From: Candidatus Woesearchaeota archaeon
GTDB taxonomy: Archaea > Nanobdellota > Nanobdellia > Woesearchaeales > SKGA01
Direction of reading: 5' to 3'
Length of the DNA stretch: 49,951 nucleotides
Assembly (NCBI GenBank): GCA_007117735.1
Contig: SKGA01000028.1
Coordinates: 1 to 49,951 of the forward strand
The translations under genes and the position numbers were made by a program. Below are positions 1 through 8,943 of the stretch, in pieces. The notes beneath the pieces were generated by a model. It was not told the DNA's origin. It saw only the letters and a program-made list of their open reading frames with translations, and ran no database searches. Within the stretch, counting starts at the first letter, position 1. Every line of letters starts with the position of its first letter.

Positions 1-121
1 ACATTGGATGAAAAAACGAGAATTCGCATGGCAAATAATAACTTATAACTTGGAAAAGTTAAGCCAAGCAACTAAAGCTTTGCTTTACTTGCTCAGGAAA
101 ATAATCATTCTGGACAGAGCC
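1..121 (+). mobile_element. Probable right end of an IS5-family (IS903-like) insertion sequence, truncated by the window edge
   Basis: Frame starting at base 2 reads HWMKKREFAWQIITYNLEKL...ILDRA, which resembles the C-terminal E-x7-YN tail of DDE_Tnp_1 transposases. The tail runs into CATTCTGGACAGAGCC (106-121), whose reverse complement GGCTCTGTCCAG resembles IS903-group GGCTTTGT termini. Only one end is visible. Confidence 0.5.
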
Positions 122-151
122 GTTAATAGACTAAATATAAACAACGAATAA
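2..151 (+). CDS. C-terminal fragment of a probable transposase (5' partial)
   Basis: Open frame from the window edge to TAA at 149-151, translated by hand; absent from the ORF track. Confidence 0.5.
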   Translation, partial: HWMKKREFAWQIITYNLEKLSQATKALLYLLRKIIILDRAVNRLNINNE

Positions 152-156
152 AAGAG

Positions 157-164
157 TTTATAAA
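157..164 (+). promoter_or_regulatory. Archaeal TATA box for the translin-cyclophilin-aspS operon
   Basis: TTTATAAA preceded by purine-rich AAAAGAG (BRE-like), 22 nt before ATG 187, the usual spacing for leaderless mRNA. Confidence 0.6.
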
Positions 165-186
165 TTATAAAAAAATATCTGTATCG

Positions 187-768
187 ATGAAAACAATAAA
201 ACAAGAATTTGAAGAAATGGCGCAAGAATACCATGAAAAAGATAGTATTCGAGAACTAGTTATTCAAACATCACGTAACATGTTAAAGCTCGCTAAACAA
301 GCAATTTATGATACTCATAAGCAAAAATACGAAGATGCGAAGACAAAGTTGCAACAAGCTCGTCAAGAATGGGAAAATAGTTTACCAAAAAAACAAGAAC
401 TGAAAGATCAAGAAACAAATGCACTTCAACCTGCAATTGAAGAATACATTGAAGCATTACTTTTTCAAACGTATGTACAAGAACAAAAAATCCTTCTCAA
501 AGAAGAAATAAACGCTCCTGAAGACATCTCTTCGACAATATATTTACAAGCACTTTCTGATTTTACTGGCGAACTTGCTCGAGAAGCTCTTGAGCACGCC
601 ACTGAAAAAGAAACAAATGAGATTAAAAAAATAATTCAAACATGTGAAGATATTCAAGAAGGATTTCTCCTCTTTAATTTTAGAAATAGTGAATTAAGAA
701 GAAAAAATGACGCATTACAAAAAAATATTCAAAAAATAAAACAATTATACTATGAGGTGACTCGATGA
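187..768 (+). CDS. Translin/TRAX (C3PO) family protein
   Basis: All-helical 193 aa with RE..I..SR....[25 protein letters not shown] and ELRRK.D motifs. Confidence 0.9.
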   Translation: MKTIKQEFEEMAQEYHEKDSIRELVIQTSRNMLKLAKQAIYDTHKQKYEDAKTKLQQARQEWENSLPKKQELKDQETNALQPAIEEYIEALLFQTYVQEQKILLKEEINAPEDISSTIYLQALSDFTGELAREALEHATEKETNEIKKIIQTCEDIQEGFLLFNFRNSELRRKNDALQKNIQKIKQLYYEVTR

Positions 769-1466
769 AAAAACAAAAAAAACAAGTTTCAAACAAAACA
801 GCAGGATTTATGATAGGTGGAGCAATTCTTGTTGCAATAATACTCTTTTTTAGCACAATACAAATAATAAACGAAACAAATATAGAAATAAACATAAATA
901 AAGAGTCAAATAATAAAGAAATAAATACTGATGAAAATATTATTTTAAATGGAACAGAATTAAATGGTGAAACAAAAATGGAAAATCAAGTAGAAATTAA
1001 AACAAACAAAGGAACAATTATTGTTCAATTAGATAAAGAAAATGCGCCGATCACGGTAGAAAACTTCCTAAATTATGTTGATAAACAGTTCTATGATGGA
1101 ACTATCTTACACAGAATTATCGAAGGATTTATGATTCAAGGAGGAGGATTTACTCCCGACGCTAGTGAAAAAGAAACCAACGAACCTATTGTTTTAGAAA
1201 GTCAAAACGGTTTAAGAAATGATAGAGGAACAATTGCAATGGCAAGAACCATGGTTCCTGATAGTGCAACAAGTCAATTCTTCATTAACGTTGTAGATAA
1301 TAATTTTCTAAATTACCAACCAGGTAACGAAGGATATGCTGTGTTTGGAAAAGTAATTGAAGGTATGGATGTTGTTGATAAAATTGTACAAGTACAAACA
1401 GGCTCAATTCCTATGCCTGACTGGCCTACAGAACCAGTTATTATTGAGAGTATTCGAAGAAAATGA
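765..1466 (+). CDS. Cyclophilin-type peptidyl-prolyl cis-trans isomerase with N-terminal membrane anchor
   Basis: [43 protein letters not shown] and GYAVFGKV motifs; hydrophobic helix at aa ~14-33; ATGA overlap with the upstream stop. Confidence 0.95.
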   Translation: MKKQKKQVSNKTAGFMIGGAILVAIILFFSTIQIINETNIEININKESNNKEINTDENIILNGTELNGETKMENQVEIKTNKGTIIVQLDKENAPITVENFLNYVDKQFYDGTILHRIIEGFMIQGGGFTPDASEKETNEPIVLESQNGLRNDRGTIAMARTMVPDSATSQFFINVVDNNFLNYQPGNEGYAVFGKVIEGMDVVDKIVQVQTGSIPMPDWPTEPVIIESIRRK

Positions 1467-3145
1467 TGCGAACACATACGTGTGGAGAATTACGTAAAAG
1501 CGATGTTGGAAAAGAAGTGATGCTTTGTGGCTGGGTTCATAAGATAAGAACTCATGGCGCACTCACCTTTATTGACATTAAAGACCGATACGGCATCACA
1601 CAAGTTACCATTCAAGAAACGCCAAAAACACTTTCAAAAGAAAGTGTTATTCAAATTACTGGAACGGTAAAAGAAAAACCTGAAGAAAATAAAGCGCTAG
1701 AAACAGGAGCGATAGAACTTGAAGGAACTAACTTAAAAATTATTTCAGAAGCAAAACCTCTGCCTCTCGATGAGAATGCTACTGAAGAAACACGACTAAA
1801 GTATCGATATTTAGATATTCGAAATTCGATAATGAATAATCTTCTCTTTCGAAGTAAAGTAACTGCATTTCTTAAACAACATTTCATGAAGGAAGATTTT
1901 GTAGATATTGAAACTCCCCTCCTTATGAAATCAACTCCTGAAGGAGCAAGAGATTATGTTGTACCAAGCAGACTACATAAAGGATCATTTTATGCACTTC
2001 CTCAAAGTCCTCAACTCTACAAACAAATCCTCATGGTTGCAGGCGTAGATAAATACGTACAATTTGCAAAATGTCTTCGAGACGAAGATTTACGAGCAGA
2101 TCGTCAACCGGAACACACGCAAATAGACTTTGAGATGAGTTTTGTTACGCAAAAAGATGTTCAAACCTTTGTTGAAAGAACAATGAAACAATTGTTCAAA
2201 GAACTTCTTGATAAAGATCTTGAAGACTTTGAAGTATTTAGTTATGAAGAATCAATGAAACGATTCGGTACAGATAAACCAGATATTCGTTTTGGTTTAG
2301 AATTACAAGATGTTACTGAATTGGTAAAAGATCTTGATTTTAAAGTATTTTCAAAAGCACAAATGGTTAATTGCATCTATGTTGGAGAAGATTTTTCTCG
2401 AAAAAACATCGATGAATATACTTCTTTTGTAAAAACACATCATGCAAAAGGATTGGCATTTGTAAAAGTTGAAAGCCAAACGTTCCAAAGTGGAGTTGCA
2501 AAGTTCATTCCGCAAGAAACTGCAAAAAAGATTTTAGAACAATTACAAGTGCAAGGAGATGGAACAATCTTCTTTGTTGCAGATACAAAAAAAATATCCC
2601 AAAGCGCTCTAGGTCATTTGAGAAATAAGCTTGCAAAAGATCTTGATATTATTGATACTAATGAATTCAAATTTTGTTGGGTAAATGATTTTCCGCTCTT
2701 CGAATATGATGAAGAATTAAATCAATGGAAACCTGAACATCACATGTTTTCTATGCCAAAAGAAGAATTTGTCGATACGTTTGAAAAAGAACCTCAACAG
2801 GTTAAAGGGGATCTTTGGGATCTTGTCTTAAACGGTTGGGAAATGGGATCTGGTTCTATTCGAATTAGCGATCCTCACTTACAAGAACGTATTATGAACT
2901 TTGTTGGTTTTGATAAAGAACAAGCAAAAGAACAATTCGGATTCTTACTTGAAGCATATAACTATGGAGGACCTGTTCATGGTGGTATGGGTATCGGCTT
3001 AGATAGGTTAGTTGCTCTCATATTAGGTTTTGAAGATATTCGGCAAGTTATCGCATTTCCAAAAAATAAATCAGCACAATCACCGCTTGATAATTCTCCA
3101 TCTCCTATTAATGAGGAGCAGAAAAAAGAGCTTGGTTTACGCTAA
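1466..3145 (+). CDS. aspS: Aspartate--tRNA ligase, bacterial type
   Basis: [10 protein letters not shown]-terminus, RLKYRYLD, STPEGARDY, ALPQSPQLYKQ, RDEDLRADRQPE, GAD insertion and GLDRL..IRQVIAFPK. Start is 1463 or 1466. Confidence 0.97.
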   Translation: MRTHTCGELRKSDVGKEVMLCGWVHKIRTHGALTFIDIKDRYGITQVTIQETPKTLSKESVIQITGTVKEKPEENKALETGAIELEGTNLKIISEAKPLPLDENATEETRLKYRYLDIRNSIMNNLLFRSKVTAFLKQHFMKEDFVDIETPLLMKSTPEGARDYVVPSRLHKGSFYALPQSPQLYKQILMVAGVDKYVQFAKCLRDEDLRADRQPEHTQIDFEMSFVTQKDVQTFVERTMKQLFKELLDKDLEDFEVFSYEESMKRFGTDKPDIRFGLELQDVTELVKDLDFKVFSKAQMVNCIYVGEDFSRKNIDEYTSFVKTHHAKGLAFVKVESQTFQSGVAKFIPQETAKKILEQLQVQGDGTIFFVADTKKISQSALGHLRNKLAKDLDIIDTNEFKFCWVNDFPLFEYDEELNQWKPEHHMFSMPKEEFVDTFEKEPQQVKGDLWDLVLNGWEMGSGSIRISDPHLQERIMNFVGFDKEQAKEQFGFLLEAYNYGGPVHGGMGIGLDRLVALILGFEDIRQVIAFPKNKSAQSPLDNSPSPINEEQKKELGLR

Positions 3146-3146
3146 A

Positions 3147-3154
3147 TTTATATA
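3147..3154 (+). promoter_or_regulatory. TATA box for the glgB-like gene
   Basis: TTTATATA, 22 nt upstream of ATG 3177. Confidence 0.55.
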
Positions 3155-3176
3155 GCAAGAAAACGGAAAACAAATC

Positions 3177-5150
3177 ATGTCTAAAAAAATTCCTTTACGT
3201 ACAGTCTATTATCAATGGGAATCGCTACTCTATCGTAAACCGGAATTATTAGAACCTAAACAATTTTCTTCGGGAAAGTTTTCTCCAAGAATAGAAGAGC
3301 GAGATGCTAAAGGAAAAGCAATCAAAATTACGCTTCGTTGTTATGCTCCTAGTCAACAAGAAGATCTCTATCTTGTTGGTGAATGGAATAATTGGGGAGA
3401 AAAACTATCTGTAGCTGATAAGTTTCAAGAAGAGTATAATGGTTGGTGGTCGATAACGACAACAAATATACGGCATAAAACAGAATATTTATTTTTTCAA
3501 AAAAAAGAAAAAAAATATTTGCGAAATCCTGCAAGCCCACTTTTTTCAGAAGATGGAAACAGTATTTTTTGGGATTTTGAAGATCCTTCAACATACAAAC
3601 AAAAATATGCTGCTCCAAACACACTACATCGTCCAACAATTACTTTACAAACAGATCTTCCAGGTCTTGTAAGTCATTGGCATAAAATAAAAAAAGACAT
3701 CCACCCTTTTGATAAAACAAAAGAAGATTTGTTCACCTATATTACTCGATGCGGTGTTCTTGATTATGTGAAAGAGCTAGGTTTTAACACCCTTCAGTTT
3801 CTACCACTTCATCAGTCTATCGATGGAGATAATTGGAAATTTAGATATTTAGTAGTCTATCCTTTTGCATTGCAGAAAAACTGGGGAACTCCCGACACAT
3901 TTAGCAAACTTATTGATGAGTGTCATAAAAGAGATATCGCAATTATGTGCGATTTAGTAATTAGTCATTGTCCGCATAAAGATTTTTCTCTTTTTGCTCG
4001 AAAAGGTGAAGAAGTCGGTCTAGGTGCCTGGGAAGAAAAAGATGGGAAAAAAGTTTTTCTCAAAGAGTATACTCCTTGGGGAACGATGCGTTTTGATTAT
4101 GACAATCCGCATATACGAGAATATCTTATTGAAAGCGCACTCCTTTTTCTGGAAGAATATAAAATTGACGGCTATCGTATTGATAACATCGACGGTATAT
4201 TAAGATACGGGGATCATGGTCAAGGTGATGATCGACCAAACGGAAGAAGATTTCTTCGAGAATTACACAGCGCAATTTACGAATACAAACCAATGGCACT
4301 TATTCATTTAGAATCTCACTATTTCTTTGGAGATAATGCAAAAATGTTAGTAGCTCCACTTACAAGCGATCCTCGAGCGTTAGGAGCAACAGCATATAAT
4401 AGTTCTCGGTTAACATATTATTTTCATAAAGAATTCATGCCAAAAACGGTTGAAGAAATAAGTATTTGGAAATTTGAACATATTCGTGAAGAAAAAGAAT
4501 GGGGCAAATCAAATAGCACTATTGCAGATTTTCATAACCACGATGCCGCTGCAGGATTAATGGAAGGACGAGCGACTGGTTCATATGCATATGATTGTTT
4601 AATTTTAAACAAGCCAGAATTACACCAACACGCTGTTGGGAAAATAAAAGCAATGGAAGCAATTATTGCGTTTGGTTGCGAAGGTAGAATTCTTGATTTA
4701 GCACAAACATTTTTACTACAACTAGGAACATTTGAACACGATAGCAGTATTCACTGGAATCTTCTCTCTCAAGAAGAAAGTAAAAATACGCTTATGTATA
4801 AACAAGCCGTGAATCACTTACTACAAACTAATCCTGCTTTTTGGCCTGAAAATACATTATACCGTCAATACGTAAATATTGATGAGGTAACAAAAGTATT
4901 AATTATCAAACGAATTGATAAAACACAAGGTACAAACGATGAATTCTGGTGCGTTATTAATACATCTAATAAATATGTTTCAGAATATGCTATCGGGATT
5001 CCAAAACCATTTAAAGGAAAAATAGTGCTTTCTACCGAAGGAAAAAATCAAACGCTTCATGCTCAAAAAAGTTCAAGATTTGAAATGTATCCTTTCGAAT
5101 GGATTTCTGATCTTCGACCATATGAAGTGGTCGTTATTAAAAAACAATAA
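3177..5150 (+). CDS. glgB: GH13 1,4-alpha-glucan branching enzyme-like protein (CBM48 + alpha-amylase barrel)
   Basis: YAP...LVGEWNNW (CBM48), ELGFNTLQFLP, WGTPD.F..LIDECH, DLVISH, TPWGT..FDY, IDGYRID (nucleophile), HLES (acid/base) and HNHD. Confidence 0.8.
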   Translation: MSKKIPLRTVYYQWESLLYRKPELLEPKQFSSGKFSPRIEERDAKGKAIKITLRCYAPSQQEDLYLVGEWNNWGEKLSVADKFQEEYNGWWSITTTNIRHKTEYLFFQKKEKKYLRNPASPLFSEDGNSIFWDFEDPSTYKQKYAAPNTLHRPTITLQTDLPGLVSHWHKIKKDIHPFDKTKEDLFTYITRCGVLDYVKELGFNTLQFLPLHQSIDGDNWKFRYLVVYPFALQKNWGTPDTFSKLIDECHKRDIAIMCDLVISHCPHKDFSLFARKGEEVGLGAWEEKDGKKVFLKEYTPWGTMRFDYDNPHIREYLIESALLFLEEYKIDGYRIDNIDGILRYGDHGQGDDRPNGRRFLRELHSAIYEYKPMALIHLESHYFFGDNAKMLVAPLTSDPRALGATAYNSSRLTYYFHKEFMPKTVEEISIWKFEHIREEKEWGKSNSTIADFHNHDAAAGLMEGRATGSYAYDCLILNKPELHQHAVGKIKAMEAIIAFGCEGRILDLAQTFLLQLGTFEHDSSIHWNLLSQEESKNTLMYKQAVNHLLQTNPAFWPENTLYRQYVNIDEVTKVLIIKRIDKTQGTNDEFWCVINTSNKYVSEYAIGIPKPFKGKIVLSTEGKNQTLHAQKSSRFEMYPFEWISDLRPYEVVVIKKQ

Positions 5151-5151
5151 A

Positions 5152-5625
5152 ATGTCTTCGTTTCAAAAAATTGTTGAACTTTTGTCCAAAGAACATATTA
5201 CTCATCGAGTTGTTGTCCATGAAACTATTCCTCGAGATAGTTTTGAAGCATCAAAGATTAGAAAAAGCGATGTCACGAAAGGTGCAAAAGCATTAATTTT
5301 AGAAAATGATCAAAAAGAGCTTCTTCAAGTTGTTGTTCCCGCTCATCAAAAAGTAAACATCAAAGAACTTCAAAGAATCGCTGGAAAAAAACGAATAAAG
5401 CTCGCCTCACCTGAAAAAGTGTTTGAAAGAACGAATTGTGTAGTTGGTAGCGTCCCACCATTAGGTATTTTATGGTCCCTTCCTGTTTTTATTGATACGT
5501 CATTTACAGAAGAGAAAGAAATTGTTTTCTCAGCAGGAACCCTAACAGATTCTATTTATCTTCAAGCTAAAAACTTAATCACGCTTAATAATGCGACAGT
5601 CGGTTCATTCGCTAAAGATCATTAA
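5152..5625 (+). CDS. YbaK/ProX/EbsC family aminoacyl-tRNA deacylase
   Basis: GAKAL (conserved Lys), LASPE.V...T.CVVGSVPPLG and FSAG motifs. The start is better placed at ATG 5152 (MSSFQK), just after the glgB stop, than at 5059. Confidence 0.9.
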   Translation: MSSFQKIVELLSKEHITHRVVVHETIPRDSFEASKIRKSDVTKGAKALILENDQKELLQVVVPAHQKVNIKELQRIAGKKRIKLASPEKVFERTNCVVGSVPPLGILWSLPVFIDTSFTEEKEIVFSAGTLTDSIYLQAKNLITLNNATVGSFAKDH

Positions 5626-5649
5626 AAAAAATCAAACTTCTAACATTAA

Positions 5650-6270
5650 TTAATTTCCAATACCTTTGAAAGGAACAAAATCACGAGGCCTTGTTTGAGG
5701 CGTGACTCCGGCAAATGACTGAATGAAAGAATACAAATCTCTTGAAAAAGCCATACCTTCGTCTTCAAATGCTTCAATAGCTTGTTGTCGTTCTTTTTTC
5801 CAGTTAGAATTGAAAGAAAATAATTTCATAATCCAATCATATTTTTCTGGTGAAGCTTCATTATTCTCATAATCAAGATAAAGATAAAAATTTGTTTTAA
5901 ACTCTCCACTATCTAATTTTACTTTATTACCTTCGACAATTTGTTCTACTTTTTTAAGAAAAAGTGTAGAAATATTAATTGCGATATAAAACTTTAAATT
6001 CTTTCGAGGACTGATGGTTGCAAGACGAGATGCTCTCCACCAAATTTTATGCTCTTTAGTGCCATCCTCTTTCTCTTTTTCATAATAATACGTTTCAAAA
6101 TTTTCCTTACCTTCATACAAATCAGTAAACCCTTCATCTACTAAAAAATCTATTAAACGAATATAAAAATTTTTCAAATGTAAGCTATCTTCAATTACTA
6201 ATTCCCAAGAATCATAAGGCCCTTTTTCAAGAACTGCATCAGGTATAGGATCATTCATAACGTTATTCAA
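5650..6270 (-). CDS. Hypothetical protein
   Basis: 206-aa ORF with normal composition, directly downstream of the MFS-like gene. The start may be the ATG three codons further in. Confidence 0.75.
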   Translation of the reverse strand: MNNVMNDPIPDAVLEKGPYDSWELVIEDSLHLKNFYIRLIDFLVDEGFTDLYEGKENFETYYYEKEKEDGTKEHKIWWRASRLATISPRKNLKFYIAINISTLFLKKVEQIVEGNKVKLDSGEFKTNFYLYLDYENNEASPEKYDWIMKLFSFNSNWKKERQQAIEAFEDEGMAFSRDLYSFIQSFAGVTPQTRPRDFVPFKGIGN

Positions 6271-6274
6271 ACGC

Positions 6275-7672
6275 TTATCGTTTATATTTTTTCCTATCTG
6301 AGAGCAAAACTAAAATAAAATAAATAGGTAAGACTCCAAAAATAAGAATACCTAATACAAGCTGTAAAAAGAAATCAAAACCATGTATAAACGTCAAATA
6401 AGCCCCTAACGGAACGAAAATAATAGTTGGGAGAAGTAACAAAAAGTCGACCGTCTTAAAAAATAACTTTCTTTGTTCAAAAGGAAGAATTTTTTTAATA
6501 AGAATAGATTGAGCCATACTAAGTGTTGATAGACCTGAAAGATAAAAAATAACTCCTAACCATAACGTGTGAAAATGTGGATTAAAATGAAGGATAAAGG
6601 GCAAAAATGCCATCAAAAGAGTTCCTAGAACAAAAAGAGGACGAATATCTAAATGTTTTTTTAATGAAAGAAGATATCTTTGTAGTAAAAAAGAGACAAA
6701 AATTGCCGAAGTAAAAAATAAAGCGATCCAAGTAAATTGAAAAGAAGTTAAATGAGTAAATATCAAATAACCATAATATGCACTACCAAGTATTTCTATT
6801 ACTACAAGAAGAATGGATCCTAAAAATAAGAAGAAAAGGTAAGAATGGGTAAAAAAATACTTTGTTTGATACCAAAAAGAGAAAAATTGTTTTTTTATTG
6901 AATGGAAATATGTTGAAGAAAAAGAATTTTTTCTTTGTAAAGGTAAATATTGGATAAAAAATCCTGAAATAAAGAAAAAAAGTGCAGCTACTTCAAAAGA
7001 AATAAAATAACCCGATAAGGGAAAAACAAAACCAAAAAGAGTTATTGAAGAATGAAAGCCAAAAAAATCAAAAAGTAAACCTGAAAGAATGAATGCAAAG
7101 CCAGTAATAAAAAGACCGTAGGAAAGAATTTTATCAAGGAAAAAATTCTTTCTTTCTTGACGAATATGACGCTGTACTAAAGGACCATATAATTCTCCAT
7201 ACGTGACAATACCTACACTCCCAGTAAGAAGGAATAAACTAAAAAGTAAAGTATCTTGAAATCTTGTTGCCAGAATAAGACCTATTAAGCTAAATGCGAA
7301 AATCATTCCTGCTAAAGAAATATTTTTTGAATGTATTGATTTTACTTTCACATAAAATTGCATAAAAAAAGAAATAAGTGAAGAAAGTACATGCTTAAAT
7401 GCAAAAATAATACCCACGAGGAAGGGCGTAGCTCCGATAAGAAAGAAAAGTATGGAAATAAATTGTTGAGGAGCAAAACCATAACCTAATCTATCAAAAA
7501 GTTCTTTAAAAGAGAATATTCGATGTAGGTAACGAGTACGTTTACTTCGAGAAGGAGCACGTCTATGTTGATGTAAAATGGCAGAATCTCTCGATTCAGA
7601 AGAGTCATCTAATTCTCTGGCAAAAGAGGAAAGCTTTGAAAAAGCAGAGAAATGAGAATATTTTTTGGACAT
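6275..7672 (-). CDS. MFS-like polytopic membrane transporter
   Basis: About 12 hydrophobic segments in two halves separated by a central hydrophilic loop. Confidence 0.65.
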   Translation of the reverse strand: MSKKYSHFSAFSKLSSFARELDDSSESRDSAILHQHRRAPSRSKRTRYLHRIFSFKELFDRLGYGFAPQQFISILFFLIGATPFLVGIIFAFKHVLSSLISFFMQFYVKVKSIHSKNISLAGMIFAFSLIGLILATRFQDTLLFSLFLLTGSVGIVTYGELYGPLVQRHIRQERKNFFLDKILSYGLFITGFAFILSGLLFDFFGFHSSITLFGFVFPLSGYFISFEVAALFFFISGFFIQYLPLQRKNSFSSTYFHSIKKQFFSFWYQTKYFFTHSYLFFLFLGSILLVVIEILGSAYYGYLIFTHLTSFQFTWIALFFTSAIFVSFLLQRYLLSLKKHLDIRPLFVLGTLLMAFLPFILHFNPHFHTLWLGVIFYLSGLSTLSMAQSILIKKILPFEQRKLFFKTVDFLLLLPTIIFVPLGAYLTFIHGFDFFLQLVLGILIFGVLPIYFILVLLSDRKKYKR

Positions 7673-7692
7673 GCAGTCATTTTTTAAGAAAG

Positions 7693-7740
7693 ATAATATT
7701 TAAAACTTCCCCCTGTATAAATAAGATAAATTTATAAAAT
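7693..7740. promoter_or_regulatory. Divergent promoter region with two TATA boxes
   Basis: Minus-strand TTTTAAATA near 7697-7705 before ATG 7672; plus-strand TTTATAAA at 7731-7738 before start 7759/7762. Confidence 0.5.
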
Positions 7741-7758
7741 TAAAAGCTTAAAAAAATA

Positions 7759-8901
7759 GTGATGAAAGGGGTTGTAAAAGAACGGTGGAATAGTTTTCTT
7801 GGCGAGGAGTGTCCATTTCCATCAAAAACATTTCGAAAAATAAATTCTTATGAAGTGCAAACAGTTATTTGTACTGAGAAAAAAATATTTCTTCTTGATA
7901 ATCACGGCACTATCCTTCAAGAAAAATCTCTCAAAACAATTCTTAAAAAACAAGATAACATAACAACACCGCCTACAATAATAAAACAAAAAGAGACTAT
8001 CTCTTGTGTTTTTGGAACTAAAAAAGGACATATTGTTTCATTTAATCTTGAAACAGGAGAACAAGAATGGAATAATATGGTCGAACGCTCAATTCAAGGA
8101 ACCATCGAATATGATCCTAAAGATCAAGAACTCTTAGCGACAACAGAAAAAACAATCCATAGATTGACTCTTCAAGGCAAGATAAAAAAAACTGTCGAGC
8201 TTGAAGAAATAAATACTGCTAACGCAATTTTCTTTGATAATAAAATACTACTTTCAACCGATCAAGGAGCCTGTTTGCTGACAAAAAAAGGAGAAATATA
8301 CTGGAAATACCCAACGAAAAATAAGATAAGTGTACGTCCTCTAGTTATTAAAGAAAGAAAACCACATCTTCTTATCTGTTCCGATGAGGGAACCATACAT
8401 TATCTTGATCATAATGGGGAAAAGCAATGGGATTTTTCATTAGAAGGACCAACCCTTCATAAACCTTTATTATACATGAGTCTGGAGCAAGAAGAAAGGA
8501 TTCTTTGTACTTCAACGACAAACAAGCTTCACGCGATTGATAAAGAAACAGGAAGTGAATGTTGGAGTTTAATGACTGATTTCTGGATTAACACCCAACC
8601 AATTGTTGAGAAAAGAGACGAGATTTCCATCGCGATTGTTGGAACAGTCGATGGGAAGATATACTGTATAGATATTGATGAAAAATTAGAAACGACATTT
8701 TTTCCCGGACTACAAAACGTTCTTGATCAAGGAATAACATATAATTCTAGTTTAAGTAAAGATATTAGTAAAGAAAAGGCAGAAATAATATTTACTAAAG
8801 AAGTGGGTTCTCAAATTATCAATATTGAACATCTTAGCCATCAAAATAGTATTCTTTGCTTGACAAGAACAGGGCAAGTAATTAATTTCAAAATTAATTA
8901 A
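7759..8901 (+). CDS. PQQ-like beta-propeller repeat protein (no signal peptide)
   Basis: Repeated blade motifs NLETGEQEW, KKGEIYW, DHNGEKQW, IDKETGSECW and GTVDGKIYCID. Confidence 0.85.
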   Translation: MMKGVVKERWNSFLGEECPFPSKTFRKINSYEVQTVICTEKKIFLLDNHGTILQEKSLKTILKKQDNITTPPTIIKQKETISCVFGTKKGHIVSFNLETGEQEWNNMVERSIQGTIEYDPKDQELLATTEKTIHRLTLQGKIKKTVELEEINTANAIFFDNKILLSTDQGACLLTKKGEIYWKYPTKNKISVRPLVIKERKPHLLICSDEGTIHYLDHNGEKQWDFSLEGPTLHKPLLYMSLEQEERILCTSTTNKLHAIDKETGSECWSLMTDFWINTQPIVEKRDEISIAIVGTVDGKIYCIDIDEKLETTFFPGLQNVLDQGITYNSSLSKDISKEKAEIIFTKEVGSQIINIEHLSHQNSILCLTRTGQVINFKIN

Positions 8902-8943
8902 ATAAATAAATACTATTAAATAAGTAAAGATATTTCTACGAGC

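Noticed and set aside
5059..5151. N-terminal extension of the YbaK ORF
   Set aside because: It overlaps the glgB 3' end; ATG 5152 gives a normal-length YbaK.
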